This document shows positions 31,662-40,027 of a stretch of DNA of 64,000 nucleotides, in pieces; the first letter of the stretch is position 1; every line of letters starts with the position of its first letter. This DNA is from Candidatus Omnitrophota bacterium. GTDB lineage: Bacteria; Omnitrophota; Gorgyraeia; DTHP01. A program made the position numbers and the translations under genes. The stretch is from contig JAMWCW010000001.1 in assembly GCA_023819145.1 (NCBI GenBank), forward strand, positions 154,474-218,473. Reading direction: 5' to 3'. A model generated the notes under the pieces. That model saw nothing but the letters and a program-made list of their open reading frames with translations. It was not told the origin of the DNA and ran no database searches.

Positions 31662-32231
31662 ATGATATTGATGATTGATAATTATGATTCATTTACCTAT
31701 AATCTTGTTCAGTATCTTGGAGAATTGGGTGGAGAATTAGTGGTTTATCGCAATGATAAGATTACCTTAGAAGAGATTAAGAGGTTAAAGCCTAAGCATA
31801 TTGTAATTTCCCCTGGTCCGGGTAGACCTGAAGATGCCGGCATATCTTGTGATTTAATTCGTGAATTCGCAGGTAAAATTCCTATTTTAGGAGTTTGTCT
31901 TGGCCATCAATGCATTGGTGAAGTTTTTGGAGGAAGAGTTGTTCAGGCAGAAAGACTGATGCATGGGAAAACATCATTGATTTATCATAAAGGTACAGAC
32001 ATTTTTGAGGAAGTAGAAAACCCTTTTGAAGCAACCAGGTATCATTCCTTGATTGTAGAAAGAGAGGGTTTGCCTGCTCTTCTGGAAATCATTGCCGAGA
32101 CAAAAGAGAAAGAAATTATGGGGTTAAAGCATAAAGATTACCCTCTTTGGGGAGTTCAGTTTCATCCCGAGTCCATTCTTACTAAAGAGGGTAAAAAAAT
32201 CCTAAATAATTTCATCAAGATAAATGATTAG
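31662..32231 (+). CDS. trpG: Anthranilate synthase component II (glutamine amidotransferase)
   Basis: [18 protein letters not shown] (catalytic Cys) and GVQFHPES. Confidence 0.9.
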   Translation: MILMIDNYDSFTYNLVQYLGELGGELVVYRNDKITLEEIKRLKPKHIVISPGPGRPEDAGISCDLIREFAGKIPILGVCLGHQCIGEVFGGRVVQAERLMHGKTSLIYHKGTDIFEEVENPFEATRYHSLIVEREGLPALLEIIAETKEKEIMGLKHKDYPLWGVQFHPESILTKEGKKILNNFIKIND

Positions 32232-33234
32232 AGAGTCGATTGGAAAACTTATAGAAGATTTATCTCTTACTAATGAAGAGATGAAGAGGGTGATGGAAGA
32301 GATTATGACCGGAGAAGCTCTCCCTACTCAGATTTCCTCCTTTTTGACTGCCTTACGGATGAAAGGAGAGACGGTTGAAGAGATTAGCGGTGCTGTCGAG
32401 ACGATGCGCAAATTTGTGATTAGGATTAAAGTGGATTCTCCAGTTATTTTTGATGCCTGTGGAACCGGAGGAGATGGATTGCGCACTTTTAATATCTCTA
32501 CAGTTTCTTCTTTTGTTGTCGCAGGCGCAGGAGTTACTGTAGCAAAACACGGTAATCGTTCGGTTTCCAGTCAGTGTGGAAGTGCGGATTTAGTAGAAGC
32601 TTTGGGAGTGAATCTCGAGGTAGATAAAGAGATAATTGAGTTATGCTTAAAGGAAATTGGTATCGGGTTTTTATTTGCCCCAAAATTTCATCCCGCAATG
32701 AAATATGCTACGCCTGTGCGTAAAGAAATAGGGATAAGGACTATCTTTAACATTTTAGGACCTTTGACCAATCCTGCGGGTGCAACCCATCAACTTTTAG
32801 GGGTCTATGATAGAAATCTCGGAAGAAAAATTGCTCAGGTTTTAGGAGATTTGGGCTCAAAACATGTTTTAGTGGTGCATGGTCTTGATGGGCTGGATGA
32901 AGTTTCTACCAATTCGGAGACTTTGGTCTGGGAGTGGCGTGAAGGAAATTTGGAAGAGTATAGCATAGTTCCTTGGGATTTGGGGATAAAGAGAAGTTCT
33001 TTAGATACGATAAAAACTCCCGATTTAGAGACAAACAAAAAAATAGCTTTAGAGGTATTAAACGGTAAGGAAAGTCCCTATTATGATATCGTGGTATTGA
33101 ATAGCGGTTGTGGACTCTATGCTGCAGATAGGGTGAAGGATATTGAAGAGGGAGTAAATCTGGCAAGGGATGTTATTAAAAAAGGATTAGCAAAAAATAA
33201 ATTGGAAGATTTAATACGCTATACCAACTCATGA
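32224..33234 (+). CDS. trpD: Anthranilate phosphoribosyltransferase
   Basis: [18 protein letters not shown] and NPAG motifs. Confidence 0.9.
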   Translation: MIRESIGKLIEDLSLTNEEMKRVMEEIMTGEALPTQISSFLTALRMKGETVEEISGAVETMRKFVIRIKVDSPVIFDACGTGGDGLRTFNISTVSSFVVAGAGVTVAKHGNRSVSSQCGSADLVEALGVNLEVDKEIIELCLKEIGIGFLFAPKFHPAMKYATPVRKEIGIRTIFNILGPLTNPAGATHQLLGVYDRNLGRKIAQVLGDLGSKHVLVVHGLDGLDEVSTNSETLVWEWREGNLEEYSIVPWDLGIKRSSLDTIKTPDLETNKKIALEVLNGKESPYYDIVVLNSGCGLYAADRVKDIEEGVNLARDVIKKGLAKNKLEDLIRYTNS

Positions 33235-34022
33235 GTAGCAAAAGCATATTAAGTCAAATTATAGAATATAAACAAGAAGAGATAAAAAAAAGAAAAGCTT
33301 TAATTTCTCAAAGAGATATTCTCAAAGAGATAAATTCCCTTCCTGCCCCACGTGATTTTAAATCAGCAATTTCTAAAACCACGAGAATAAACCTTATTGC
33401 CGAATTAAAGAAATCCTCACCATCAAAGGGTATTTTACGCAGTGATTTTGATCATCGGGAGATATCCGCGATTTACGAAGCTTCTGGAGCTGATGCTTTA
33501 TCGGTGCTTACAGAAGAGCCATTTTTTCAAGGAGCCATTTCTTACATAAAAGAGATAAAAGAGGTTGTTTCGCTTCCTCTATTGAGAAAAGATTTTATTA
33601 TTGATCCTTATCAGATTTATGAATCGCGCTATTATGAAGCTGATGCGGTGTTACTCATTGCCTGTTTGTTGAGTGGAGATGAACTAAAAAGGTTTTCCGA
33701 AATAGCTAAAAGTTTATCTTTAGAGGTAATGGTAGAGGTGCATACGGAGGAAGACCTGAAAAAAGTTTTAGCCCTTAAAGATATTTTTATAATTGGTATT
33801 AACAATCGTAATCTCTTTACTTTTGAAGTTGATTTGGAAACCACCGTTCGTTTAAGACGTCTTATTCCTGAGGAGAAGATTGTGGTATCGGAGAGTGGAA
33901 TTGATTCTTATGAGGATGTAATGTATTTAAAAAGTTTAGGGGTAAATGCAGTTTTAATTGGGGAAGCATTTATGACGGCGGAGGATATAGGAGGTAAGAT
34001 TAAGAAAATCATGGGACGCTGA
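33231..34022 (+). CDS. trpC: Indole-3-glycerol phosphate synthase
   Basis: IAELKKSSPSKG...LSVLTEEPFFQG...KDFIIDPYQIYESR. Confidence 0.9.
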   Translation: MSSKSILSQIIEYKQEEIKKRKALISQRDILKEINSLPAPRDFKSAISKTTRINLIAELKKSSPSKGILRSDFDHREISAIYEASGADALSVLTEEPFFQGAISYIKEIKEVVSLPLLRKDFIIDPYQIYESRYYEADAVLLIACLLSGDELKRFSEIAKSLSLEVMVEVHTEEDLKKVLALKDIFIIGINNRNLFTFEVDLETTVRLRRLIPEEKIVVSESGIDSYEDVMYLKSLGVNAVLIGEAFMTAEDIGGKIKKIMGR

Positions 34023-34048
34023 TAAGGGTTAGAGGGTTAATTTATTTA

Positions 34049-34678
34049 ATGGGTAAAATAAAGGTTAAGATTTGTGGAATAACCAATTTGGAAGATGCAA
34101 AACAGGCAGTAGATTTAGGTGCGGATATATTAGGCTTCGTTTTTGCGCGAAGTCCACGCCAGATTACTCCCCAAAAAGCCAAGGCAATTATTAAAAATCT
34201 CCCTCCTTTTGTCATTAGGGTGGGGGTTTTTGTGAATGAAAAGTTGGAGAATATTGAGAAAATCGTGAATTTTTGCAGATTGAATTTAGTGCAGCTTCAC
34301 GGTGAAGAATCTCCAGATTTCTGCAAGAAAGTAAGAAAATTTGTAGGGGTGATTAAAGCCTTCAGGATGAGGAGTGCATTAGAGTTAAAGAAAATGCTTA
34401 ATTATGATGTGGATGCTTATTTATTAGATTCTTTTGTTACCGGAGTATATGGTGGAACAGGGAAAACTTTTGATTGGGGACTGGCAATAAAAGCGAAAAG
34501 AATTTTGAATAAACGTCCTTTAATCCTTTCGGGAGGGCTTAATCCAGAAAACATTGCTCAAGCCATAAAAAAAGTTCGTCCCTACGCAGTAGATACTTCC
34601 AGTGGAGTGGAGAAGTTTCCTGGGAAAAAAGATAAAGTTTTATTAAAGAGATATTTTCGCAAGCTTTTCCTTCCATAA
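34049..34678 (+). CDS. trpF: Phosphoribosylanthranilate isomerase
   Basis: KICGITNLEDA...GADILGFVF...VQLHGEE. Confidence 0.85.
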   Translation: MGKIKVKICGITNLEDAKQAVDLGADILGFVFARSPRQITPQKAKAIIKNLPPFVIRVGVFVNEKLENIEKIVNFCRLNLVQLHGEESPDFCKKVRKFVGVIKAFRMRSALELKKMLNYDVDAYLLDSFVTGVYGGTGKTFDWGLAIKAKRILNKRPLILSGGLNPENIAQAIKKVRPYAVDTSSGVEKFPGKKDKVLLKRYFRKLFLP

Positions 34679-34850
34679 AATTATTTTTAGAACTTACATG
34701 GTCAAAAAATTGTTTATCCGCACTTACGCTTGTCATATGAATGCGTTGTTACATTTGGGTTTTACAATCATCCAGGAATATTACGATAGAAATTAATCAT
34801 TAAGAGATTTATTGTTTTATAGATATCCTTAGAAAGGGGGAAAGACGTAA

Positions 34851-35339
34851 ATGGAAACTAACGATTTTCAGAATAAAGAGGGAATTGTTAGGTCTTTAGG
34901 TGCATTTATTATTGTGTCGGTGGTGGTTGTAGTTGTTGTTTCTTTTATTATCTATAAGAAGAGTTTGCTGGGTCCAGTTTTAATTGGGTTGGGGTTATTG
35001 CCTTTGATATGGGTAAAATTTTCTGGGCGCAGTGTAAAGTCAATAGGAGCTGACATAGTGTTTGGAGCAATTGATACTAGTCTATTAGGGGTAGCAGCTC
35101 TAATCGGTGCAAACTTTGCAGGAACGCTAGGTGCTGTTGTGGGTGGAGCAGTAGGAGATGTTATCACTGATGGTATTGCAGGGCTTTTTGAAGGAAGAAT
35201 CTCATCAACTTTAAGAAGATACGGCATTGAAGAGGCAAGGACTCCTTTAAGTAGCTCAATGGGTAAGATGTCCGGATGCTTAGTAGGCATAGGGGTTGTC
35301 TTGACTATTGCGTGGACGATTTTACGTTTGAAGATGTAG
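34851..35339 (+). CDS. Hypothetical membrane protein (Gly/Ala-rich TM segments)
   Basis: Four predicted TM stretches and a VVVVVVV run. No known motif. Confidence 0.45.
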   Translation: METNDFQNKEGIVRSLGAFIIVSVVVVVVVSFIIYKKSLLGPVLIGLGLLPLIWVKFSGRSVKSIGADIVFGAIDTSLLGVAALIGANFAGTLGAVVGGAVGDVITDGIAGLFEGRISSTLRRYGIEEARTPLSSSMGKMSGCLVGIGVVLTIAWTILRLKM

Positions 35340-35356
35340 AACATTTTAAATAAAGA

Positions 35357-35383
35357 ATTTTAGCGGAGCGAGAGTTTCGCTAA
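35357..35383 (+). other. Hairpin TTTAGCG-N11-CGCTAAA just downstream of the membrane-protein gene
   Basis: A 7-bp perfect inverted repeat with no U-tract. Function unclear. Confidence 0.3.
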
Positions 35384-35560
35384 AGGGTCATATGGAATAA
35401 ATCGTAAAAGCATTAGAGAGTTAAAAAAGAGATGAAAAAGAGATGGGTTGTGGTTAACGATTTTATGCAGCGAGGATATCGTTATTTGCGTGTTGAGCCG
35501 ATGGGCAAGAATTTTGACAAAGAGTTTAAACCTCAACTTACTCCAAAACAGATGTTGTAG

Positions 35561-35941
35561 ATGGGCGTATTTGGCGGTAAATACATGACCGACTGTCGTC
35601 ATGAATTTCCCGCATCATGGTTTAAGAAAGCGAAGTTATGTCCTGAAAAACATGACCCAAAATTGAATTATTTTGGTGTAAATGCCAGCCAACCGCTTTC
35701 AGTGTGGAGAAAGAAAGGATGGATCTATAAAGATGACCCCCGGGGATGGTTCCAGTGGTACTGTCGGTATTATATGGGCAGGAGAATTCCCGAAGAAGAT
35801 AGGCGTCAGATTAAAAGATGGAAAGCTATAAAAAGACATATTGCTCAGATAAAGAAAAATTGCGGAAAGAGCAGGCGCTTATGCAGACTGAAACAACGCC
35901 AGGTACTACTTCATTGGGCTTATGATAGTAGGAGGATATAA
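35561..35941 (+). CDS. Conserved hypothetical basic protein, preceded by an in-frame 42-codon ORF (35432-35557) separated only by TAG
   Basis: ATG at 35561 follows an in-frame TAG at 35558-35560. The upstream segment MKKRWVVVNDFMQRGYRYLRVEPMGKNF... is in the same frame. GVFGGKYMTDC and WFQWY motifs and a Lys/Arg-rich C-terminus. Confidence 0.5.
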   Translation: MGVFGGKYMTDCRHEFPASWFKKAKLCPEKHDPKLNYFGVNASQPLSVWRKKGWIYKDDPRGWFQWYCRYYMGRRIPEEDRRQIKRWKAIKRHIAQIKKNCGKSRRLCRLKQRQVLLHWAYDSRRI

Positions 35942-36906
35942 TGCGAAGCTCTTTTCCAAAACCAAATATCTTTATCAGTAAATGTCTCGGTTTTGCCAAT
36001 TGCCGTTGGAACGGAGAAATCATTCCCGATATCTTTGTTGAAAAATTAAAACCTTTTGTGTCCTATACCACTACGTGCCCTGAATGTGAGATTGGTTTAG
36101 GAGTTCCCAGAGACCCGATACGAATCGTGTTTAAAAAAGATGTATACCGTTTGATGCAGCTTAACACTGGAAGAGATGTGACTCGTGAAATGAATGAATT
36201 TTCTCTGGATTATCTGGGATCATTAGAGGAGATAGATGGATTTATCTTAAAAGACCGTTCTCCATCATGTGGCATAAAAGAAGTTAAGGTGTATCCAAGT
36301 CTTGATTCCTCGGCTTCGTTTAAGAAATCATCAGGATTCTTCGGTAAGGCGGTTTTGAACCATTTTCCTCATTCCGCGATTGAAACTGAAGCCCGACTTA
36401 CCAATTTGGGAATCAGAGAGCATTTTTTAACGAGGATATTTACGTTTGCGCGGTTTAGGAATATGTCAAGCGGATTTAAAATAAAAAATTTGGTGCAGTT
36501 CCATACCGAGAATAAATTCTTATTAATGATGTATAGTCAGAAAGAGCTAAAACTTATGGGTAATATCGTAGCTAATAGGCAAAAGAACCTACCACAGCGA
36601 GTTTTTAAAAATTACCAAGAAGCACTTTACAGAGCTTTAAACAAAAAACCTACCTTTAGCGCAGCGGTCAATGTTTTAATGCACGGTTTAGGTTATTTTA
36701 CAAAAGTTCTCAAACCCGAAGAAAAACGTTTTTTTCTTAATACCTTGGAAGAATATAGAAGGGAACAGATTCCTTTAAGTGTTCCACTGAGCATTCTGCA
36801 TGCATATGCGCTCAGACATAACACATCATACATCAGTCAACAAACATTCTTAGAGCCTTTCCCTCGGGCATTATTAGAAACGAGGGACACGAGTAAGGGT
36901 AGATAG
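35941..36906 (+). CDS. DUF523 (TudS-like thiouracil desulfidase fold) fused to DUF1722 (YbgA-like)
   Basis: N-terminal Cys ligands (CLGFANCRWNG, TCPEC, SPSCG) typical of DUF523. The C-terminal half matches YbgA/DUF1722. Confidence 0.65.
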   Translation: MRSSFPKPNIFISKCLGFANCRWNGEIIPDIFVEKLKPFVSYTTTCPECEIGLGVPRDPIRIVFKKDVYRLMQLNTGRDVTREMNEFSLDYLGSLEEIDGFILKDRSPSCGIKEVKVYPSLDSSASFKKSSGFFGKAVLNHFPHSAIETEARLTNLGIREHFLTRIFTFARFRNMSSGFKIKNLVQFHTENKFLLMMYSQKELKLMGNIVANRQKNLPQRVFKNYQEALYRALNKKPTFSAAVNVLMHGLGYFTKVLKPEEKRFFLNTLEEYRREQIPLSVPLSILHAYALRHNTSYISQQTFLEPFPRALLETRDTSKGR

Positions 36907-36993
36907 AGTTTCTGTGCTTATTCACCGGTTCTCTTTGGTGGAGAGAAGATAGTTTGCGATAGAGTAAGTTATTTTGTAGAAAAACATAAGATA

Positions 36994-38712
36994 ATGCATT
37001 ATCTAAGTGAACATAATATCTTCGTATTTTTAGTCCAAATTGTTATTCTCCTTGGTCTTGCCAGAGGATTGGGTGAATTATTTCGCAGGTGGAAGCAACC
37101 GCCTTTAACCGCAGAACTTTTAGTAGGAGTTTTTTTAGGGCCTACGATTCTGGGTAGATTGGCTCCTACTTGGCATCAAATTATTTTTCCTCAGGATGTT
37201 ACACAACATAATATGTTTGAAACCGTAGCTTGGCTTGGAGTCCTATTCCTGCTTTTAGAAGCGGGGCTTGAAATCGATTTTACCTCTGCTTGGAGACAGC
37301 GAGGAGATGCTTTGAAGATAGCAATATCCGATATTATCATACCGATGGTTATTGCATTTATACCCTGTTTTTTCCTCCTTGATTCATATTTGGTAAATCC
37401 AGAGCAAAGGTTTATTTTCGCTATGTTTATGGCAACAGTGATGACCATCAGTGCTTTACCGATTGCGGTAAGAGCATTACATGATTTGAAGCTTTCAAAA
37501 ACCGATCTGGGGTTTTTGATAATGTCGGCATTATCGGTAAATGACTTTATCGGATGGTTGTTCTTTACCTTAGTGCTCGGAGTATTTACGCAGGCTAATT
37601 TGGATATTATAAAGGTCTTAGCAATTGCTGGCACAACGATTATCTTTACAGTCATTTGCCTTTCTATTGGGAGAAAAACCGTTGATAAAATAATCACAGG
37701 TATAAAGTCTGCTCAGATGCCTCAACCGGGAATACCCTTGACTTTCATCTGTTTGCTCGGTGCCTTTTGTGGAGCCATAACTCAGAAGATTGGCATTCAC
37801 GCATTGTTTGGATTTTTTATTGCAGGAATTATGGCCGGCGGTTCACGCGCGCTATCGGAAAACGTCCGGCAAGTTATCTCTCAAATGGTCTATGCCATAT
37901 TCGTTCCGTTATTTTTCGTAAATATTGGTTTAAAAGTCGATTTTCTAAAAAGTTTTGATATTTTTCTTGTTCTGTTTATTAGCATTATTGGTATTGGCGG
38001 AAGATTTCTGGGGGCATGGATTGGGGTTAATTTTACAAAACTACCCAAGACGAATAGACTTGCTATAGCGATTGCCCATACACCCGGCGGAGCGATGGAA
38101 ATCGTTGTGGCTTTGCTTGCTTTAGAATACAACCTTATCAGCCAGCCGGTATTTGTAGCTATTGTTTTTGGTGCAGTAATATCTTCTGTTATCCTCGGGC
38201 CTTGGTTTAGCTACGCGATAAAGAAGCGGAAAGAAATAAGCATTCTTGAATATTTTTCTGCAAGAGGCATAATTGGGTCTATTAAACAAGATGACAAAAG
38301 TAAAGCAATTAAGGATTTATGTAGGCTTGCCGATAGTCAGGATGATATGCCCGATTCAGAAACTATTTATGAAGCAGTAATGAAGCGTGAGAATGAAATG
38401 GGTACGGGGATGGAGGAGGGTTTGGCTGTTCCTCACGCGCGACTCTCGGCAATTAAACGACCATTGGTCTACTTTGGACGTTCGGTTGATGGTATTGAAT
38501 GGGATACCCCGGACGGCAAGCTTGTCCGTTTTATTTTTTTAATATTGACTCCCAGTGATGACGATGATTCTCAGGTACAGATATTAGGTGCTATCGCAAG
38601 AACAATAAGTGATGAACAGATAAGGGATTCTATTTTAAAGGCGATAGACGAACATGAAATTTGGTTAATCTTACAGAAGGTTTTTTCCACCCAGCACATT
38701 AGAAAAGAGTAA
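36994..38712 (+). CDS. CPA2-family cation:proton antiporter fused to a C-terminal PTS EIIA-type-2 (PtsN-like) domain
   Basis: About 12 TM Na+/H+ exchanger core, then a soluble domain with MGTGMEEGLAVPHARL (phosphorylatable His) typical of EIIA-Ntr/Fru. Confidence 0.75.
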   Translation: MHYLSEHNIFVFLVQIVILLGLARGLGELFRRWKQPPLTAELLVGVFLGPTILGRLAPTWHQIIFPQDVTQHNMFETVAWLGVLFLLLEAGLEIDFTSAWRQRGDALKIAISDIIIPMVIAFIPCFFLLDSYLVNPEQRFIFAMFMATVMTISALPIAVRALHDLKLSKTDLGFLIMSALSVNDFIGWLFFTLVLGVFTQANLDIIKVLAIAGTTIIFTVICLSIGRKTVDKIITGIKSAQMPQPGIPLTFICLLGAFCGAITQKIGIHALFGFFIAGIMAGGSRALSENVRQVISQMVYAIFVPLFFVNIGLKVDFLKSFDIFLVLFISIIGIGGRFLGAWIGVNFTKLPKTNRLAIAIAHTPGGAMEIVVALLALEYNLISQPVFVAIVFGAVISSVILGPWFSYAIKKRKEISILEYFSARGIIGSIKQDDKSKAIKDLCRLADSQDDMPDSETIYEAVMKRENEMGTGMEEGLAVPHARLSAIKRPLVYFGRSVDGIEWDTPDGKLVRFIFLILTPSDDDDSQVQILGAIARTISDEQIRDSILKAIDEHEIWLILQKVFSTQHIRKE

Positions 38713-38730
38713 TGTCAGAAATTAAAACAA

Positions 38731-38793
38731 AAAAAGTCTATTTACCTGCACTTTCGGCTGACTGAACGTTACAGTGGTTCGGGATGGTGCTTG
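38731..38793 (+). repeat. Degenerate duplicate of the 5' end of the miaB-like gene (compare 40038-40105)
   Basis: The exact 13-mer GCACTTTCGGCTG occurs at 38748-38760 and at 40055-40067. The flanks are about 70-75% identical by eye over roughly 60 nt. Confidence 0.45.
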
Positions 38794-38925
38794 AAACATT
38801 ACGCAAGATAAGTGCCTTAGAATAAAAGGATTACGAAACACTGTTATTAATAAGTGATTTTTTTTGAAATATGGCATAATGTTGTATAAAGTTGACATCT
38901 GTTTGGTAGGTATCAACTTTTAGTC

Positions 38926-39025
38926 TGTTACCCAACAGGATATGTAATATTAATATTTGTTAGGTAATTATTTCCTTGACATTTGTTACCCAACAAGTTA
39001 TATTGTTATGTAGTTTGTTGGGTAA
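38926..39025 (+). promoter_or_regulatory. Promoter TTGACA(38976)-17-TATATT(38999) embedded in two inverted-repeat operator pairs (TGTTACCCAACA ... TGTTRGGTAA)
   Basis: The direct half-sites TGTTACCCAACA are at 38926-38937 and 38984-38995. The inverted half-sites are TGTTAGGTAA at 38959-38968 and TGTTGGGTAA at 39016-39025. The second pair straddles the -35/-10 spacer and the predicted transcription start. Confidence 0.55.
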
Positions 39026-39036
39026 TGGGAGGGTTT

Positions 39037-39357
39037 ATGCGAGGTATAATAAAAGGGGTCTTAGCAGAAGAACTTGAAAATTCGCTTCGGATGAGAAAGG
39101 AGTATGAAGAGGTATTGGGTAGATTACCTAAAGGATGTCTTGCGATAAGAAAGATAAGAGGTCACGAGTATTATTATCTGGTAAAGAGAATAGGTAAGAA
39201 GGTAAAGTATATCTACAAGGGAAAAATATCCGAAGAAGAGAAAAAGAAGTATGACGAAGCCAAAGAGTTGCGGGCAAAATACAAGAAATTATTGTCCCAA
39301 GTCAAAAAGCAAATAAGATTCTTAAGGAGTTCATTGCGTGGAAAAGAAGCAATTTGA
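39037..39357 (+). CDS. Small basic protein (106 aa), candidate DNA-binding antitoxin or regulator of the downstream nucleotidyltransferase
   Basis: ATG follows GGGAGGG. Promoter TTGACA-17-TATATT upstream with operator repeats. Lys-rich coiled-coil tail. A beta-hairpin segment GHEYYYLVKRIGKKVKYIYKG. Confidence 0.5.
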   Translation: MRGIIKGVLAEELENSLRMRKEYEEVLGRLPKGCLAIRKIRGHEYYYLVKRIGKKVKYIYKGKISEEEKKKYDEAKELRAKYKKLLSQVKKQIRFLRSSLRGKEAI

Positions 39358-40027
39358 TTTATGTCTTGAAATTTTAAGAAGATTTCATAAAGAGGGTATC
39401 TTAGACGACTTAATTCTTATAGGTAGTTGGTGTATATATTTTTATAAAGAATATTTTAGTAATGTGCCTTACATAGAACAAGCCGCCATACGAACCAGAG
39501 ACATCGATTTTTTAATCGCTAAGCCAGCAAAAATAAAACATACCGTAAATATTCCCGAGCTTCTAAAGGATTTAGGTTTTGTAACGATTCTAAAAGGGCG
39601 CGAGGGTTATGTCAAACTTGACCATCCTGACTTAATGCTTGAGTTCTTGGTTCCGGAAAGGGGGAAAGGCACGGACAAGCCGGTTCCGCTAACAAAGTTG
39701 GGTATAAATGCAGTGGCGCTAAGATTTTTGAACCTACTCACTGATAATATAATTAAAATAAAAGTTGAAGATTTTACTATCTCAATGCCACATCCCGCCA
39801 ATTTCGCTCTTCATAAATTAATAATCTTCCAGCGCAGACTCAGGGAAGAAAAAGCGATAAAAGATAGAAACGCTGCCATTGATATTTTAAAGGCCTTGAT
39901 ACGTAAAGGAGATATAGCAATTATTCAACGGATTTTTAATTCCATGATTCCGAAATGGCAAAAGAAGATTATAAAGGGGTTGCAAGAAGTTAAAGAAAAA
40001 GAAATATTAGAAATATTGACCGATTAA
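39338..40027 (+). CDS. Nucleotidyltransferase-fold protein (GS...DxD; AbiEii/MenT/DUF1814-like candidate toxin)
   Basis: LILIGSWCIY (GS motif) and IRTRDIDFLIA (DxD) lie about 25 residues apart. Overlaps the upstream gene by 20 nt. Stop and miaB start form TAATG. Confidence 0.55.
   Translation: MEKKQFDLCLEILRRFHKEGILDDLILIGSWCIYFYKEYFSNVPYIEQAAIRTRDIDFLIAKPAKIKHTVNIPELLKDLGFVTILKGREGYVKLDHPDLMLEFLVPERGKGTDKPVPLTKLGINAVALRFLNLLTDNIIKIKVEDFTISMPHPANFALHKLIIFQRRLREEKAIKDRNAAIDILKALIRKGDIAIIQRIFNSMIPKWQKKIIKGLQEVKEKEILEILTD

Noticed and set aside
34679-34850. 172-nt gap after trpF as a possible location of an ncRNA or of missing trpB/trpA remnants
   Set aside because: There is no conserved structure, no ORF fragments resembling TrpB or TrpA, and no terminator-like hairpin. 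The gap is probably a plain intergenic spacer with the promoter for the next gene.
35558-35560. Possibility that TAG is recoded as a sense codon genome-wide
   Set aside because: At least five well-supported genes in the window (the phosphoesterase, rodZ-like, rimO, DUF362 and the CBM9 glycosidase) terminate with TAG at positions consistent with homologue lengths. The standard code therefore applies, and the in-frame TAG is a local event.
38800-40026. Lower GC of the inserted module as independent evidence of foreign origin
   Set aside because: Spot counts gave 27-38% for the module and 43-48% for its flanks. Housekeeping genes elsewhere in the window (rimO at about 30%, hypotheticals at 20-30%) are just as AT-rich. 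Composition is too heterogeneous to be diagnostic without a proper windowed calculation.
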